Positions 36,888-46,103 of a stretch of DNA of 64,000 nt are shown here, one piece after another. This DNA comes from a bacterium. GTDB taxonomy: Bacteria > JADJOY01. A program made the translations under genes and the position numbers. The stretch lies in NCBI GenBank assembly GCA_046331705.1, contig JAXLQJ010000009.1:1-64000 (forward strand), in the 5' to 3' direction. Below the pieces are notes generated by a model. It was not told the DNA's origin. It saw only the letters and a list, made by a program, of their open reading frames with translations, and searched no databases. Position 1 is the first letter of the stretch, and every line of letters begins with the position of its first letter.

Positions 36888-38519
36888 TCATGGACCGCCC
36901 GCTGCATCCGCCGCCGGCACCTCGATCGCGAGCACGCCCGCGCCGCTGCCGACCAGCACGCGCCGCTGATCGTGGGTCAGCGACACGATCCGCGGTCGGG
37001 CACCCACGCGCACCGTGCGTAGATGCGCCAGATCGCGGCCGCGAAAGAAGAACACGGTGCCCTCCGTCCAGCCCGAGCCGATCACCACGTCTCGCTCCGC
37101 GGCGTAGGCGAGGAAGCGCCCCCCCATGGGCACCCGCGCCCGCGCCGTCTCGCGGCGGGAATCGAGATCGATCGCGTGCAGCCAGCCCTGATGGGTCGAG
37201 AGCACGAAGGCCCGGTGCTCGTCACCGACCACGTCGTGGGAAGCGAGATTCGGCATCACGCTCAGGAACACGCGCCGGTCCCCCGCGAGCGGCAGCTCCC
37301 AGCGCACCTCGAGGTGCGCGCTGCACCCATCGCAGGAAGGGGTCGCTCCGGGCGCGTCGGCGCGCAGCGCCCGCTCGCTCAGGACCCCGTTGTGGACGGC
37401 GATGATCCGATGCCCGTCGAGGGGGAGCACCCCGCTGGTGAACGAACGGTCCTCGGCGATCAACGCGCCACTCGCGAGGAAGTGAACGCGAACGGTGTTG
37501 CGCGACGAATCGAGGTGCCAGAGCAGATCGCGCTCGCGCGCGAGCTCGATCCGCCCGGGACCCGCGGGCACGCCCTCGAGCGTCACCACCGGCTCGCTCT
37601 CGAACCACTGCGCGGCGGCGAGCCCGAAGACGCGCTGCGTGCCGGTGTCGGCCGCCCACAGGCGATCGGTCTCGCAGGAGAAGACCGGTGCATCGACGGG
37701 ACGACGGGCGTCGAGGAACGGAGTGAGCCTTCCGGATCCGAGGTCGAGCGCGAAGAGTCCGCGCGAGGCCTTGTGAACGGTCACCACGGCGTGCCGATCC
37801 TCGCAATCCGGCACCACCGAGTACACCTGGCTCGCCGGCGAGAGCTCCGAGCGCCCCGCCTCGGCCACCAGCACCACACCGGGCTGCGCGGCGATGGCGC
37901 GGTGATCGGAGCGATCGGGCGCGAAATAGAGCGCGCCACCCAGCGCTCCCGAGCCGAGGATCACGAGGAAGCTCGAGGTCACGTGTGGGCCGACGCGCTC
38001 GAGGACCGACGGTCGTAACCACAGCACGTCGACGGCGAGTGGCGTGAGCAGGATCGCGAGCCGCCACAGGAAGCTCGGCGGCGCGTAGCGCGCATCCCAC
38101 GCCACCCACGCGAGGTAGCCGATCAGCGCCGCGCGCAACCAGCGTGGGCGTTTCCAGAGCAGCTGCGCCGCCACCGGGACCGCCAGGATCGCGAGGGAGC
38201 CGACCGGGTCCGCGAGATACGCGAAGCCGCGCCACAGGCAGAGCACCAGCGCGTAGAGCAGCAATGCGCCGAGCGCCCCGAGCGTCCGCATCGGCGCGAG
38301 CCTGCTGCGCAGCCACGGACCGAGCGCGAACAGCGTCACGAACGCGACGCCTTGGATCCAGAACCGGCTCGGGTGGAGCATCCACGTGAGGATGAGACCG
38401 TGGACCGCGAGCAGGAGCGCGCGATTGCCCAGCCTGAGCGCGTGCCCGAGGATGGACGCCGCACGGCCCGCGGCGCGCGCCGGTGGCGCGACGATCGCAC
38501 TGGGCGTGGCCGGACTCAC
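36888..38519 (-). CDS. Membrane protein: N-terminal TM bundle plus C-terminal beta-propeller (543 aa)
   Basis: GTG at 38519 (GTGA overlap). About 7 TMs, then blades ending VRVGARPRIVSLTHDQRRVLVGSGAGVLAIEV. Paralog of 6317..8158. Confidence 0.8.
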   Translation of the reverse strand: MSPATPSAIVAPPARAAGRAASILGHALRLGNRALLLAVHGLILTWMLHPSRFWIQGVAFVTLFALGPWLRSRLAPMRTLGALGALLLYALVLCLWRGFAYLADPVGSLAILAVPVAAQLLWKRPRWLRAALIGYLAWVAWDARYAPPSFLWRLAILLTPLAVDVLWLRPSVLERVGPHVTSSFLVILGSGALGGALYFAPDRSDHRAIAAQPGVVLVAEAGRSELSPASQVYSVVPDCEDRHAVVTVHKASRGLFALDLGSGRLTPFLDARRPVDAPVFSCETDRLWAADTGTQRVFGLAAAQWFESEPVVTLEGVPAGPGRIELARERDLLWHLDSSRNTVRVHFLASGALIAEDRSFTSGVLPLDGHRIIAVHNGVLSERALRADAPGATPSCDGCSAHLEVRWELPLAGDRRVFLSVMPNLASHDVVGDEHRAFVLSTHQGWLHAIDLDSRRETARARVPMGGRFLAYAAERDVVIGSGWTEGTVFFFRGRDLAHLRTVRVGARPRIVSLTHDQRRVLVGSGAGVLAIEVPAADAAGGP

Positions 38520-40063
38520 GCCGGCCCGCGAACGCGTCGCGAGTGGCCGAGCAAGCGTCGCTTCATCTCGATCAACGATTTGTCGAGCCGCGACTCTTGT
38601 CGCTCGGTCACCAGTGCGCTCGCCAGACGCAAGACGCGCACCGGCCGCAACGTCCACGAGACCGCGTAGAAGAGCAGCGTCGCGAGGGCACGAATCGAGT
38701 CCAGGACCGGCCCGGGAACCTCGCAGTAGCTCTCGCCGGGGCTCGTGACGCCGGGCAGGTTCTCCGAGATCGCCGACAGGCTCCGATAGTACGCGTCGTC
38801 GAGCGGCTCGGGAATTCGTCCCGCACGCGACAGGCTGCGAAAGAGCTCCGATCCCGGATACGGGCGAAACGGCGCGATCGAGACGTCGTGAACGCCGGCC
38901 GCCGCGAGCCTCACCAGGAACGCGAGGTTGCCGAGCAACGAGCGATAGCGGTCGTGCGGGAATCCGAACACGAAGTTCGCCTTGACGTTGCAACCGCTCT
39001 TCACGGCGACCCGCATCGACGCGAGCAAGCGCTCGGCATCGAGCCGCTTCTCGATGCGCGCCAGCGTTTCCGTCGCGCCGCTTTCCGGCGCGTACACGAT
39101 GTTGCGACAGCCCGCGCGAACCACGAGCCGCAACAGCTCCGCGTCGAGCGCCTCGCTACGGGTGCCGGACGGCAGCTGCCAGGTGACCGCGAGGCGCGCC
39201 GCGAGGATGCGCTCGGCGAGCTCGACGACCCACTCCCGCGAGATCACGAGCGTGAGATCCTGGAAATCGAAGTTGGTGACGTCGTAGCGCTCGACGTAGT
39301 GGCGCATCTCGCGCACCACGTCGGCGGCCGAACGGGCCACCCAGCGCGTCGTCCACATCGCGGGGCTCGAGCAGAACGTACAGCGATAGGGGCACCCACG
39401 AGTCGCGAGCATGGGCATGTTCCGCCCGCGATCGACGCCCCAGCCGTGGCCGCCGGCCAGGTAGTTCTCGATCGGCACGAGATCCCACGCCGGCCACGGC
39501 AGCGCATCGACGTCGGCCTCGCGCACCACGGCGCTGGTCCGGCGCACCGCGCCGGCGGAGCCGTGGAAATGGCAGCTCGCGACCTCCTCGATCGGCCGTC
39601 GCCCGGCGACGTGCTCGGCCAGCGCGACGACGGTGCGATCCGCCTCGCCGGCCAGGACGTAATCGATGGGCGACGTCGACAGCACTCCCGCGGGCTGGGC
39701 CGTCGCGTGCTCGCCCCCGGCGACGAACGCCGCGCGTGGCAGCCGCGCCCGCGCCCGCCGAATCAACGTGCGCGCCTCGAGCCAGTCCTGCGAGAACATC
39801 ACGCCGAAGCCCACCAGCGCGCTGTCGACCGGGATGCGTTCCAGGATCTCGTCGTCGGCGAGGCCGCGCCTCACTCGCTTGCCGCCAGCGTCGAGCGGTG
39901 TGAGGCGCGCCGGCGCCTCGCCGATCGCATCCACCACCCGCACCTGGTGCCCGGCTTGCCGAAGGCTCGCGGCGACGTACGCGAGACCGAGCGGCGCTGC
40001 GGCGTACGCCGCCGAATAATAGAGATTCGACGTTTCGGGAGGGCGGACCAGCGTGCAGTTCAT
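38516..40063 (-). CDS. Cobalamin-binding radical SAM protein (515 aa)
   Basis: APLGLAYVAA, AGGEHAT, AGEAD, TRGCPYRCTFC, FQDLT, APESG and FVFGFP. Confidence 0.93.
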   Translation of the reverse strand: MNCTLVRPPETSNLYYSAAYAAAPLGLAYVAASLRQAGHQVRVVDAIGEAPARLTPLDAGGKRVRRGLADDEILERIPVDSALVGFGVMFSQDWLEARTLIRRARARLPRAAFVAGGEHATAQPAGVLSTSPIDYVLAGEADRTVVALAEHVAGRRPIEEVASCHFHGSAGAVRRTSAVVREADVDALPWPAWDLVPIENYLAGGHGWGVDRGRNMPMLATRGCPYRCTFCSSPAMWTTRWVARSAADVVREMRHYVERYDVTNFDFQDLTLVISREWVVELAERILAARLAVTWQLPSGTRSEALDAELLRLVVRAGCRNIVYAPESGATETLARIEKRLDAERLLASMRVAVKSGCNVKANFVFGFPHDRYRSLLGNLAFLVRLAAAGVHDVSIAPFRPYPGSELFRSLSRAGRIPEPLDDAYYRSLSAISENLPGVTSPGESYCEVPGPVLDSIRALATLLFYAVSWTLRPVRVLRLASALVTERQESRLDKSLIEMKRRLLGHSRRVRGPA

Positions 40064-40176
40064 GGCGTGATCGAGCCGGCAATCCGCGTGCGGCGCCCAC
40101 CGTGCGCCGGGTTGCGAAGCGGCGGCGATCATATCGCGACCACCTCGGCGGCCCTTGCAGCGTCGGCGCGCACGGA

Positions 40177-40185
40177 TGGTAGGCT
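40177..40185 (+). promoter_or_regulatory. Putative extended -10 element (TG-n-TAGGCT) for the SDR gene
   Basis: TGGTAGGCT. A divergent TATGAT at 40128-40133 on the minus strand may serve the rSAM operon. Confidence 0.45.
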
Positions 40186-40256
40186 CGCGTCCCGCTTCGC
40201 GCCGCGCGCACCGTCGCCCCCGTCCCGTCCCGAGCACCACCCGAGGATCTCCGCGC

Positions 40257-41294
40257 ATGACCATTCTCGTCACGGGTGCGCCCGGTTGGCTCGGCTCACG
40301 CTTGGTGGAGCGCCTCGTCGCCGACGGCCGGCCCGTTCGCTGTCTCGTCGAGCGCGACCGCCAGGACGCGGCTCTCGCGCGGCTCGGAGTCGAGCGGGTG
40401 CAGGGCGACCTCCGCGATCCCGCCGCCGCCCAGCGCGCTTGCGCCGGCGTCGACGCGGTGCTGCACTGCGCCGGCATCGTTCACCCGCAGCGCTTCTCCG
40501 ACTATCGCGCCATCCACGTCGACGGCACCCGGCATCTCCTCGAGGCTGCGGAGCACGCCGGCGCCCGCCGCTTCTGCTACGTGAGCTCCGAGGCCGCCCA
40601 GGGCTACAACCGCGACGGCCGACCGCTCACCGAGACCGACCCCTGTCACCCGGAGACCGAGTACGGCCGCACCAAGCGCGACGCCGAGTTGGCAACCCTG
40701 GATCGCAACCGCCCCGGCGGTCTCGAGACGGTCGTGCTGCGTCCGGCGATGTTCTACGGACCCGGCCAGCCCGAGCGACGCTCGCGACTCATGCGCATGG
40801 TCGCCTCCGGCCGACCTCCGCTCTTCGGCTCCGGGGAGAACCGGCGCAGCATGGTGTACGTCGACAACGTCGTGGACGCGCTGGTGGCGGCGAGCACGCG
40901 CGCCGGCATCGGCGGCGAGCTCTTCTGGATCGCCGACAGCGAGATCTACACCACCCGCGGCTTCTTCGAGGCCATGGCGGAAGCGCTCGGCGTCAGGTTG
41001 CGGCCGCGCCAGCTGCCCGAGGCCCTCGCGCTCGGCGCGCGGCTCGCGTCGCGCGCGCTCGAGCGCGTGCACGTCCACTCGCTCGACCTGCACGTGGTCG
41101 GCGAGTCGCCGCGCGACTTCTTCTGCAGCAACGCCAAGGCGCTGGCGACGCTCGGGTGGGCGCCGGCCGTCTCGCTGCGCGAAGGCGTGCGGGCCGCGGT
41201 CGAATGGTGGCGGGCGCACCAGCCCGGCGCGGGCCGGTCCGCGGCCCTCGGCGCCGAGCCGCGCCAGGTCCGAGAACCGACGCGCGCGCCGTGA
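40257..41294 (+). CDS. NAD-dependent epimerase/dehydratase, extended SDR (345 aa)
   Basis: ILVTGAPGWLG, YVSS, YGRTK, LRPAMFYGPG and SMVYVDN. Confidence 0.92.
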   Translation: MTILVTGAPGWLGSRLVERLVADGRPVRCLVERDRQDAALARLGVERVQGDLRDPAAAQRACAGVDAVLHCAGIVHPQRFSDYRAIHVDGTRHLLEAAEHAGARRFCYVSSEAAQGYNRDGRPLTETDPCHPETEYGRTKRDAELATLDRNRPGGLETVVLRPAMFYGPGQPERRSRLMRMVASGRPPLFGSGENRRSMVYVDNVVDALVAASTRAGIGGELFWIADSEIYTTRGFFEAMAEALGVRLRPRQLPEALALGARLASRALERVHVHSLDLHVVGESPRDFFCSNAKALATLGWAPAVSLREGVRAAVEWWRAHQPGAGRSAALGAEPRQVREPTRAP

Positions 41295-41310
41295 TTTCGC
41301 GGATCTCGAG

Positions 41311-41319
41311 TGGTAAAGT
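41311..41319 (+). promoter_or_regulatory. Putative extended -10 element (TG-n-TAAAGT) for ilvE
   Basis: TGGTAAAGT about 64 bp upstream of ilvE. Confidence 0.5.
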
Positions 41320-41382
41320 CGCCCGCTTTCTCGCGGCGCGCCAGCGCCCCTTCTCCCTCTCACGCTCGGGTCGAGGAACCTC

Positions 41383-42300
41383 ATGACGGTGCAAGCCAAG
41401 AAGCTGTGGCTCGACGGCAAGATGCTGGACTGGAAGGACGGCACGACGCACGTGCTGACGCACACCCTCCACTACGGCGTGGGCGTCTTCGAAGGCATCC
41501 GCTGCTACAAGACCACGGACGGCCGCAGCGCCATCTTCCGGCTGCCCGAGCACGTTCGACGGTTGCGCCACTCGGCCTACGCCGTCTACCTGAAAGTGCC
41601 CTACTCCGACGAGCAGATCAGCCAGGCGATCCTCGACGTCCTCCACACCAACGAGCTCGCCGAGGCCTACATCCGCCCCCTGGTTTTTCTCGGCGCCGGC
41701 ACCATGGGACTCTATCCGGACAAGAATCCGACCCAGGTGATGATCGCCGCCTGGTCGTGGGGCGCCTACCTCGGCGAGGAGGGCCTCAAGAATGGGATCC
41801 GGGTGCGGGTTTCTTCGTACATCCGGCCGCACGTCAACTCGTTCATGACCAAGGCCAAGGTCTGCGGCGGCTACGTCAACTCGTACCTCGCCAAGATGGA
41901 GGCGAAGCGCGACGGCTACGACGAGGCGCTCTTCCTGGACACCGAGGGCTACGTCTGCGAGGCGAGCGGCGAGAACGTCTTCCTGGTGCGCGACGGAGTG
42001 ATCAAGACCCCGCCGCTCACCGCCGCGCTGCCGGGCATCACCCGCGACTCGGTGATGACGCTGGCTCGCGATCGCGGTCTCTCGGTGGTCGAGACACGCT
42101 TCAGCCGCGACGAGATCTACATGGCCGACGAGTTCTTCATGACCGGGACCGCCGCCGAGCTGACGCCGGTGCGCGAGCTCGACGGTCGCGCGATCGGCAC
42201 CGGCAAGCCGGGGCCGATCACCCAATCGCTGCAAGACGCGTACTTCCGCGCGGTCAAGGGCGCCGACGAGCGTCACCGCGCCTGGCTCACCTACCTCTGA
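41383..42300 (+). CDS. ilvE: Branched-chain amino acid aminotransferase
   Basis: LHYGVGVFEGIRCY, KAKVCGGYVNS, EASGENVF, LPGITRDSV and GTAAE. Confidence 0.97.
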   Translation: MTVQAKKLWLDGKMLDWKDGTTHVLTHTLHYGVGVFEGIRCYKTTDGRSAIFRLPEHVRRLRHSAYAVYLKVPYSDEQISQAILDVLHTNELAEAYIRPLVFLGAGTMGLYPDKNPTQVMIAAWSWGAYLGEEGLKNGIRVRVSSYIRPHVNSFMTKAKVCGGYVNSYLAKMEAKRDGYDEALFLDTEGYVCEASGENVFLVRDGVIKTPPLTAALPGITRDSVMTLARDRGLSVVETRFSRDEIYMADEFFMTGTAAELTPVRELDGRAIGTGKPGPITQSLQDAYFRAVKGADERHRAWLTYL

Positions 42301-42421
42301 ATGACCCGCCACGACCTGGATCGATCGCGGCTCGTGTCCCGTGACGTCGGGCGCGAGCGCGCCCACCCTTCCGCGCGCGGCGCCTAGCTCGTCGCAGGAC
42401 CGCGCGCGCCTTCCCGCCCCC

Positions 42422-43813
42422 ATGGCCGCCGAGCTCGAGGAGCTGCTCGAACAGATCGCGAAGGGGAAGACCCTCCCCGCGTACCTGCTCACCGGCGAAG
42501 CGGAACAGAGCCTGCGCGACGCCGCGCGGCGGCTCGCCTACGCGATCGTTCCCGAGGCCGATCGCACCTTCAACCTGGTGAAATACGACGGCGCCGCCAC
42601 GCGCGCCTCCGAGGTGGCGGACGATCTCTGCTCGGTCTCGCTGCTGGGCGGTCGGCGCGTGGTGCTGGTGCTCGGCGCCACGTTTCTCGCGGGTAAGCGC
42701 GATCAAGCGGAGCTCGTGAACGAGCTCGCGGACTTGTGGGAACAGGGCCGCGAGGACGAGTCCGCGCGCAAGGCCACGGTCTTCTTCTCGGAGGCCGGCT
42801 TCTCGCTCGCCGACCTCGCGCGCGGCACCAAGACCGCGCTCGACGCGCTCAACAAATCGCTGGGCACCACCATCGCCCGCGGCGACCGCCTCGATCAGTG
42901 GCGCGCCGCGCTCCACGCCAAGCTCGTGCGCGAGAGCCGCGACATCCCACCGCCGAGCGGCGGCACGGCGTTGCTCGCCACCGCGCTCGCCAGCGAGCGC
43001 ACCGCAGCGAACACGCTGATCGTCACCGCTCGCAAGGTCGAGCGCACCCATCCGGTGGTGCGCGAGATCAAGGAGCGCGGGCGCGTCGTCGCGCTCGACG
43101 TCGCGCCGGGCAAGGACGCCGACCGGCAGATCGCCGTGACGCTCGACCGCCTCGCCAAGGAGCTCGGGCTCAGGATCGAGAGCGACGCGCGCAGCGCCTT
43201 GCTCGAGCGCGTCCCGCCCGATCCCGAGCGCCTCACGCGCGAGGTCGAGAAGATCGCCGCGTATCTCGGCGACGCCCGCGTGGTCGATGCCGAGACCGTG
43301 ACGCTGCTGGTGGCGCGCGATCGCGAGGACCCGATCTACCTGCTGCAAGGTAGCCTCGGCGATCGCAACCTCGCGGACACGCTGGCGCGGTTGCGCGCGC
43401 TGCTGACCAACGGCGAGACCGACGTCATCGGCCAGGTGCTGCGCGTCGCCGCCGCGCTCGCCAGCGAGACGCGACGGCTGCTGCGCGCGCGCGTCCTGGT
43501 CGACGGCCCGCTCGCGGGGAAGTTCCAGCGCGGCACCTCAAGCCGCGACTTCGAGATGCGCGTCTTCCCGCTCCTCGGCGAGTGGCCCGAGGCCCGCCCG
43601 CTGGCCAGCGGCCATCCCTTCCGCTGCTACCGCACGTTCCAGGGCGCGCTGCGCTATCGCACCGCCGAGCTGGTGCGGTTGCTGCGCGGGTTCGCGGCCC
43701 TCGACCGCACGCTCAAGAGCGCGCCCACCGACCCCGCGCTGCTGCTCGAGCGCCTGCTGATCGAGAACCTCGCCGCGCCCGCGCGCGCCGAGACGGTGCG
43801 GGGTGCCGCATGA
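42422..43813 (+). CDS. holA: DNA polymerase III delta subunit, long form with internal insertion (463 aa)
   Basis: PAYLLTGE, FNLVKYDG, SLLGGRRVVLV, REVEKIAAY and C-terminal LDRTLKS...LLERL. Confidence 0.8.
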   Translation: MAAELEELLEQIAKGKTLPAYLLTGEAEQSLRDAARRLAYAIVPEADRTFNLVKYDGAATRASEVADDLCSVSLLGGRRVVLVLGATFLAGKRDQAELVNELADLWEQGREDESARKATVFFSEAGFSLADLARGTKTALDALNKSLGTTIARGDRLDQWRAALHAKLVRESRDIPPPSGGTALLATALASERTAANTLIVTARKVERTHPVVREIKERGRVVALDVAPGKDADRQIAVTLDRLAKELGLRIESDARSALLERVPPDPERLTREVEKIAAYLGDARVVDAETVTLLVARDREDPIYLLQGSLGDRNLADTLARLRALLTNGETDVIGQVLRVAAALASETRRLLRARVLVDGPLAGKFQRGTSSRDFEMRVFPLLGEWPEARPLASGHPFRCYRTFQGALRYRTAELVRLLRGFAALDRTLKSAPTDPALLLERLLIENLAAPARAETVRGAA

Positions 43814-44826
43814 AGCTCTCGAGCGTCCACGGCCAGCCGCACCCCTCGGCGGTGCTGGCGCGCTCGCTCGAGACCGGCCGCCCGGCCCACGCCTACTTGC
43901 TCCACGGCCCCGACTCCGTCGGCAAGGAGCACATGGCGCGCGCGTTCGCCGCCAGCTTGCTCTGCTCCGAGCGCGACGGCATCGACGCCTGCGGGCGCTG
44001 CGATTCCTGTCAGCGCCTCGAGCGCTCGGTGCACGCCGACTTGCGGGTCGTGCTTCCCGAGGACGCGGCGGTGGCCCGCGGCGTGGCCACCAAGGCCGAC
44101 TTCGACGGCAAGGCGTCGAGCACGATCCGCGTGGCCACGATCCGCGAGCTCAACGCCTGGCTCGCCGCGCGCCCGGTCGAGGGCCCGACGCGCGTGGCGA
44201 TCGTGCTCGACGCGCACCGCGTGGGTCCCGAGGGACAGAACGCCCTCCTCAAGACGCTGGAGGAGCCGCGTCCGGGTCGATCGCTGATCCTGGTGAGCTC
44301 GGCGCCGAGCGCGCTCCTCGCCACCGTCCGTAGCCGCTGCCAGAAGCTGCGCTTCGGGGCGCTCGATCCCGCGAGCCTCACGCGCATTCTCGAGGCGCAC
44401 CTCGGCACCAGCGTCGTTCCGGCGCAGGTCGCGCAAGCCATCGCCCGCGCGGGCGGCTCGGCGGCGCGTGCCATCGAGCTCTGCGACGCGGGCACCCTGG
44501 AGCCGAATCGTTTCGAGCCCCGCCTCGAGGCGCTCGCGAGTGGCGCCGTCCTGCCGGCGCTCGACCTGGCGCAAGACGTGGACGGCGATCGGCAGGTCGG
44601 CGCCGAGCTGCTCGCCGTGCTCGCGGAGCTCGTCGCGCGACGCACTCGCGGCGAGGCCGTCGGCGGCGTGATCGGTGCGATCTCGCGGCGGCGCGCCACC
44701 GAGCTCCTGGATCAGACCGCACGGGTGCGTCAGGCGGTGCTGAGCAGCGCCAACGTCACGCTGGCGATCGAGGACCTGCTCCTCGGCCTCTGCCTCGAAC
44801 GTAGCGCCGCGCGAGCAGCGCGCTGA
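43810..44826 (+). CDS. holB: DNA polymerase III delta' subunit
   Basis: ATGA overlap with holA. HAYLLHGPDSVGK, Zn module CGRCDSC, QNALLKTLEEP and VRSRC. Confidence 0.9.
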   Translation: MKLSSVHGQPHPSAVLARSLETGRPAHAYLLHGPDSVGKEHMARAFAASLLCSERDGIDACGRCDSCQRLERSVHADLRVVLPEDAAVARGVATKADFDGKASSTIRVATIRELNAWLAARPVEGPTRVAIVLDAHRVGPEGQNALLKTLEEPRPGRSLILVSSAPSALLATVRSRCQKLRFGALDPASLTRILEAHLGTSVVPAQVAQAIARAGGSAARAIELCDAGTLEPNRFEPRLEALASGAVLPALDLAQDVDGDRQVGAELLAVLAELVARRTRGEAVGGVIGAISRRRATELLDQTARVRQAVLSSANVTLAIEDLLLGLCLERSAARAAR

Positions 44827-44878
44827 ACGGGCTTGCGCGCCACGAGCCGACGGAGTCGAGCCACGCCCGCGCGGCCGG

Positions 44879-46069
44879 TCAGAACATCTGGCCGAAGCGC
44901 AGGTAGATGAGCGCTTGCTCCTCGTCGGAGAAGCCGACGTCGACGCGCGCCACCAGGCCCGAGGACAAGAAGAAGCGGACGCCGCCTCCCCAGCTTGCCT
45001 TCCAGTCGCGCACGACCTCCTTCGAGAAGGCCTCTTCCGCGAGATACACACGGCCGAAGTCGCCGAACCCGACGGCGTCGATGGTGACGCGCCAGAGGTC
45101 GAAGAAGTCGAAGGCGGCGACCTTCACGCGCAGCTCGGTGTTGACGAGCGCGCTGCCCCTGCCGAGGAAGCGGTCGGGGAAGTAGCCGCGCAAGGTGTCG
45201 GCCCCGCCCAGGCTCGGATACGCCCAGAACGGGATCTCGCTCGGCACCCCCTCGACGTACTGGGCGCGCGCGCGTCCCGCGAGCACCAGCCAATCGCGAT
45301 GGATGCCGAGGCGGCGCGCGACCTCGGCGCTGTAGAACGTGTAGTTGAACGCATTGTCGAGGCTCGGCCCCACCTCCTCGACGAAGCCTGCGAGGTGCCA
45401 GCCGTCGATCGGCCTCAGCTCCTCGGGCGCGTCGTCGTAGACGAGATCGAGGCGCAGGATCCGGACTTGCCCGCCGCCCACGCCGGCGAGGTCCGGGAAT
45501 CGCTCGCGGGTGCTCGTGGGGTGCTGGCCGTCGTGCCGCGGACGCCCGAGCTCCACCTGCCGCACCTCGGCGCTGAAGCCGTAGTGAAGCTGCGCGGTGA
45601 GCCAGACGCCGAGCGCGAGTCGCGCGGAAGCATCCTGGAAGAGATGCGTCGACGCCGGATCCGGGCCCAGCGAATCGTTGCCGAGACCGAAGAATTCCTT
45701 TCCCGGGTCCGACTCCCACGCCACGCTGCTCGCGAGCGAGAAGCGCGAGCCGAAGAGGTGCGGGTCCTCGAGGGCGATCCGTGCGTACTGCTGCTGCTCG
45801 AGCGCGTAGCTGCCCTGCACGTCGAACGCCGCGCCCCAGCCGAAGAGATCGCTCTCGCGGAACTTGGCGCCACCGGACGCGCTCGTCTCCGGGCTGTAAC
45901 CCACGATGGGAAGCAAGGCCCAGGTGATTCCCAGCTCGTGCTTCTCCGCGGGGGGCTCGTCGGCGCGCGCAATGGCGGCTCCGACGAGCACGCATCCCGC
46001 GCACCCGAGCAGGCACGCGGCACGTCGGATCGCCTTGCGGGTGTCGCCCGGCGAGTCGCGCGTGGTCAT
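44879..46069 (-). CDS. Omp85/BamA-TamA-family outer membrane barrel without POTRA domains (396 aa)
   Basis: Signal peptide, LPIVGYSPET, LGGADTLRGY...RF, and a C-terminal Phe (LRFGQMF). Confidence 0.85.
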   Translation of the reverse strand: MTTRDSPGDTRKAIRRAACLLGCAGCVLVGAAIARADEPPAEKHELGITWALLPIVGYSPETSASGGAKFRESDLFGWGAAFDVQGSYALEQQQYARIALEDPHLFGSRFSLASSVAWESDPGKEFFGLGNDSLGPDPASTHLFQDASARLALGVWLTAQLHYGFSAEVRQVELGRPRHDGQHPTSTRERFPDLAGVGGGQVRILRLDLVYDDAPEELRPIDGWHLAGFVEEVGPSLDNAFNYTFYSAEVARRLGIHRDWLVLAGRARAQYVEGVPSEIPFWAYPSLGGADTLRGYFPDRFLGRGSALVNTELRVKVAAFDFFDLWRVTIDAVGFGDFGRVYLAEEAFSKEVVRDWKASWGGGVRFFLSSGLVARVDVGFSDEEQALIYLRFGQMF

Positions 46070-46103
46070 GCGTCGCTCGCTCGCGAGGCTCACGCGCGGG
46101 AGC

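Noticed and set aside
33745-40063. Assigning the B12-rSAMs as bchE, hpnP/hpnJ or the AmrS partner of amrB
   Set aside because: There is no photosynthesis or hopanoid gene context, and AmrS lacks a B12 domain. Motifs alone do not support a specific name.
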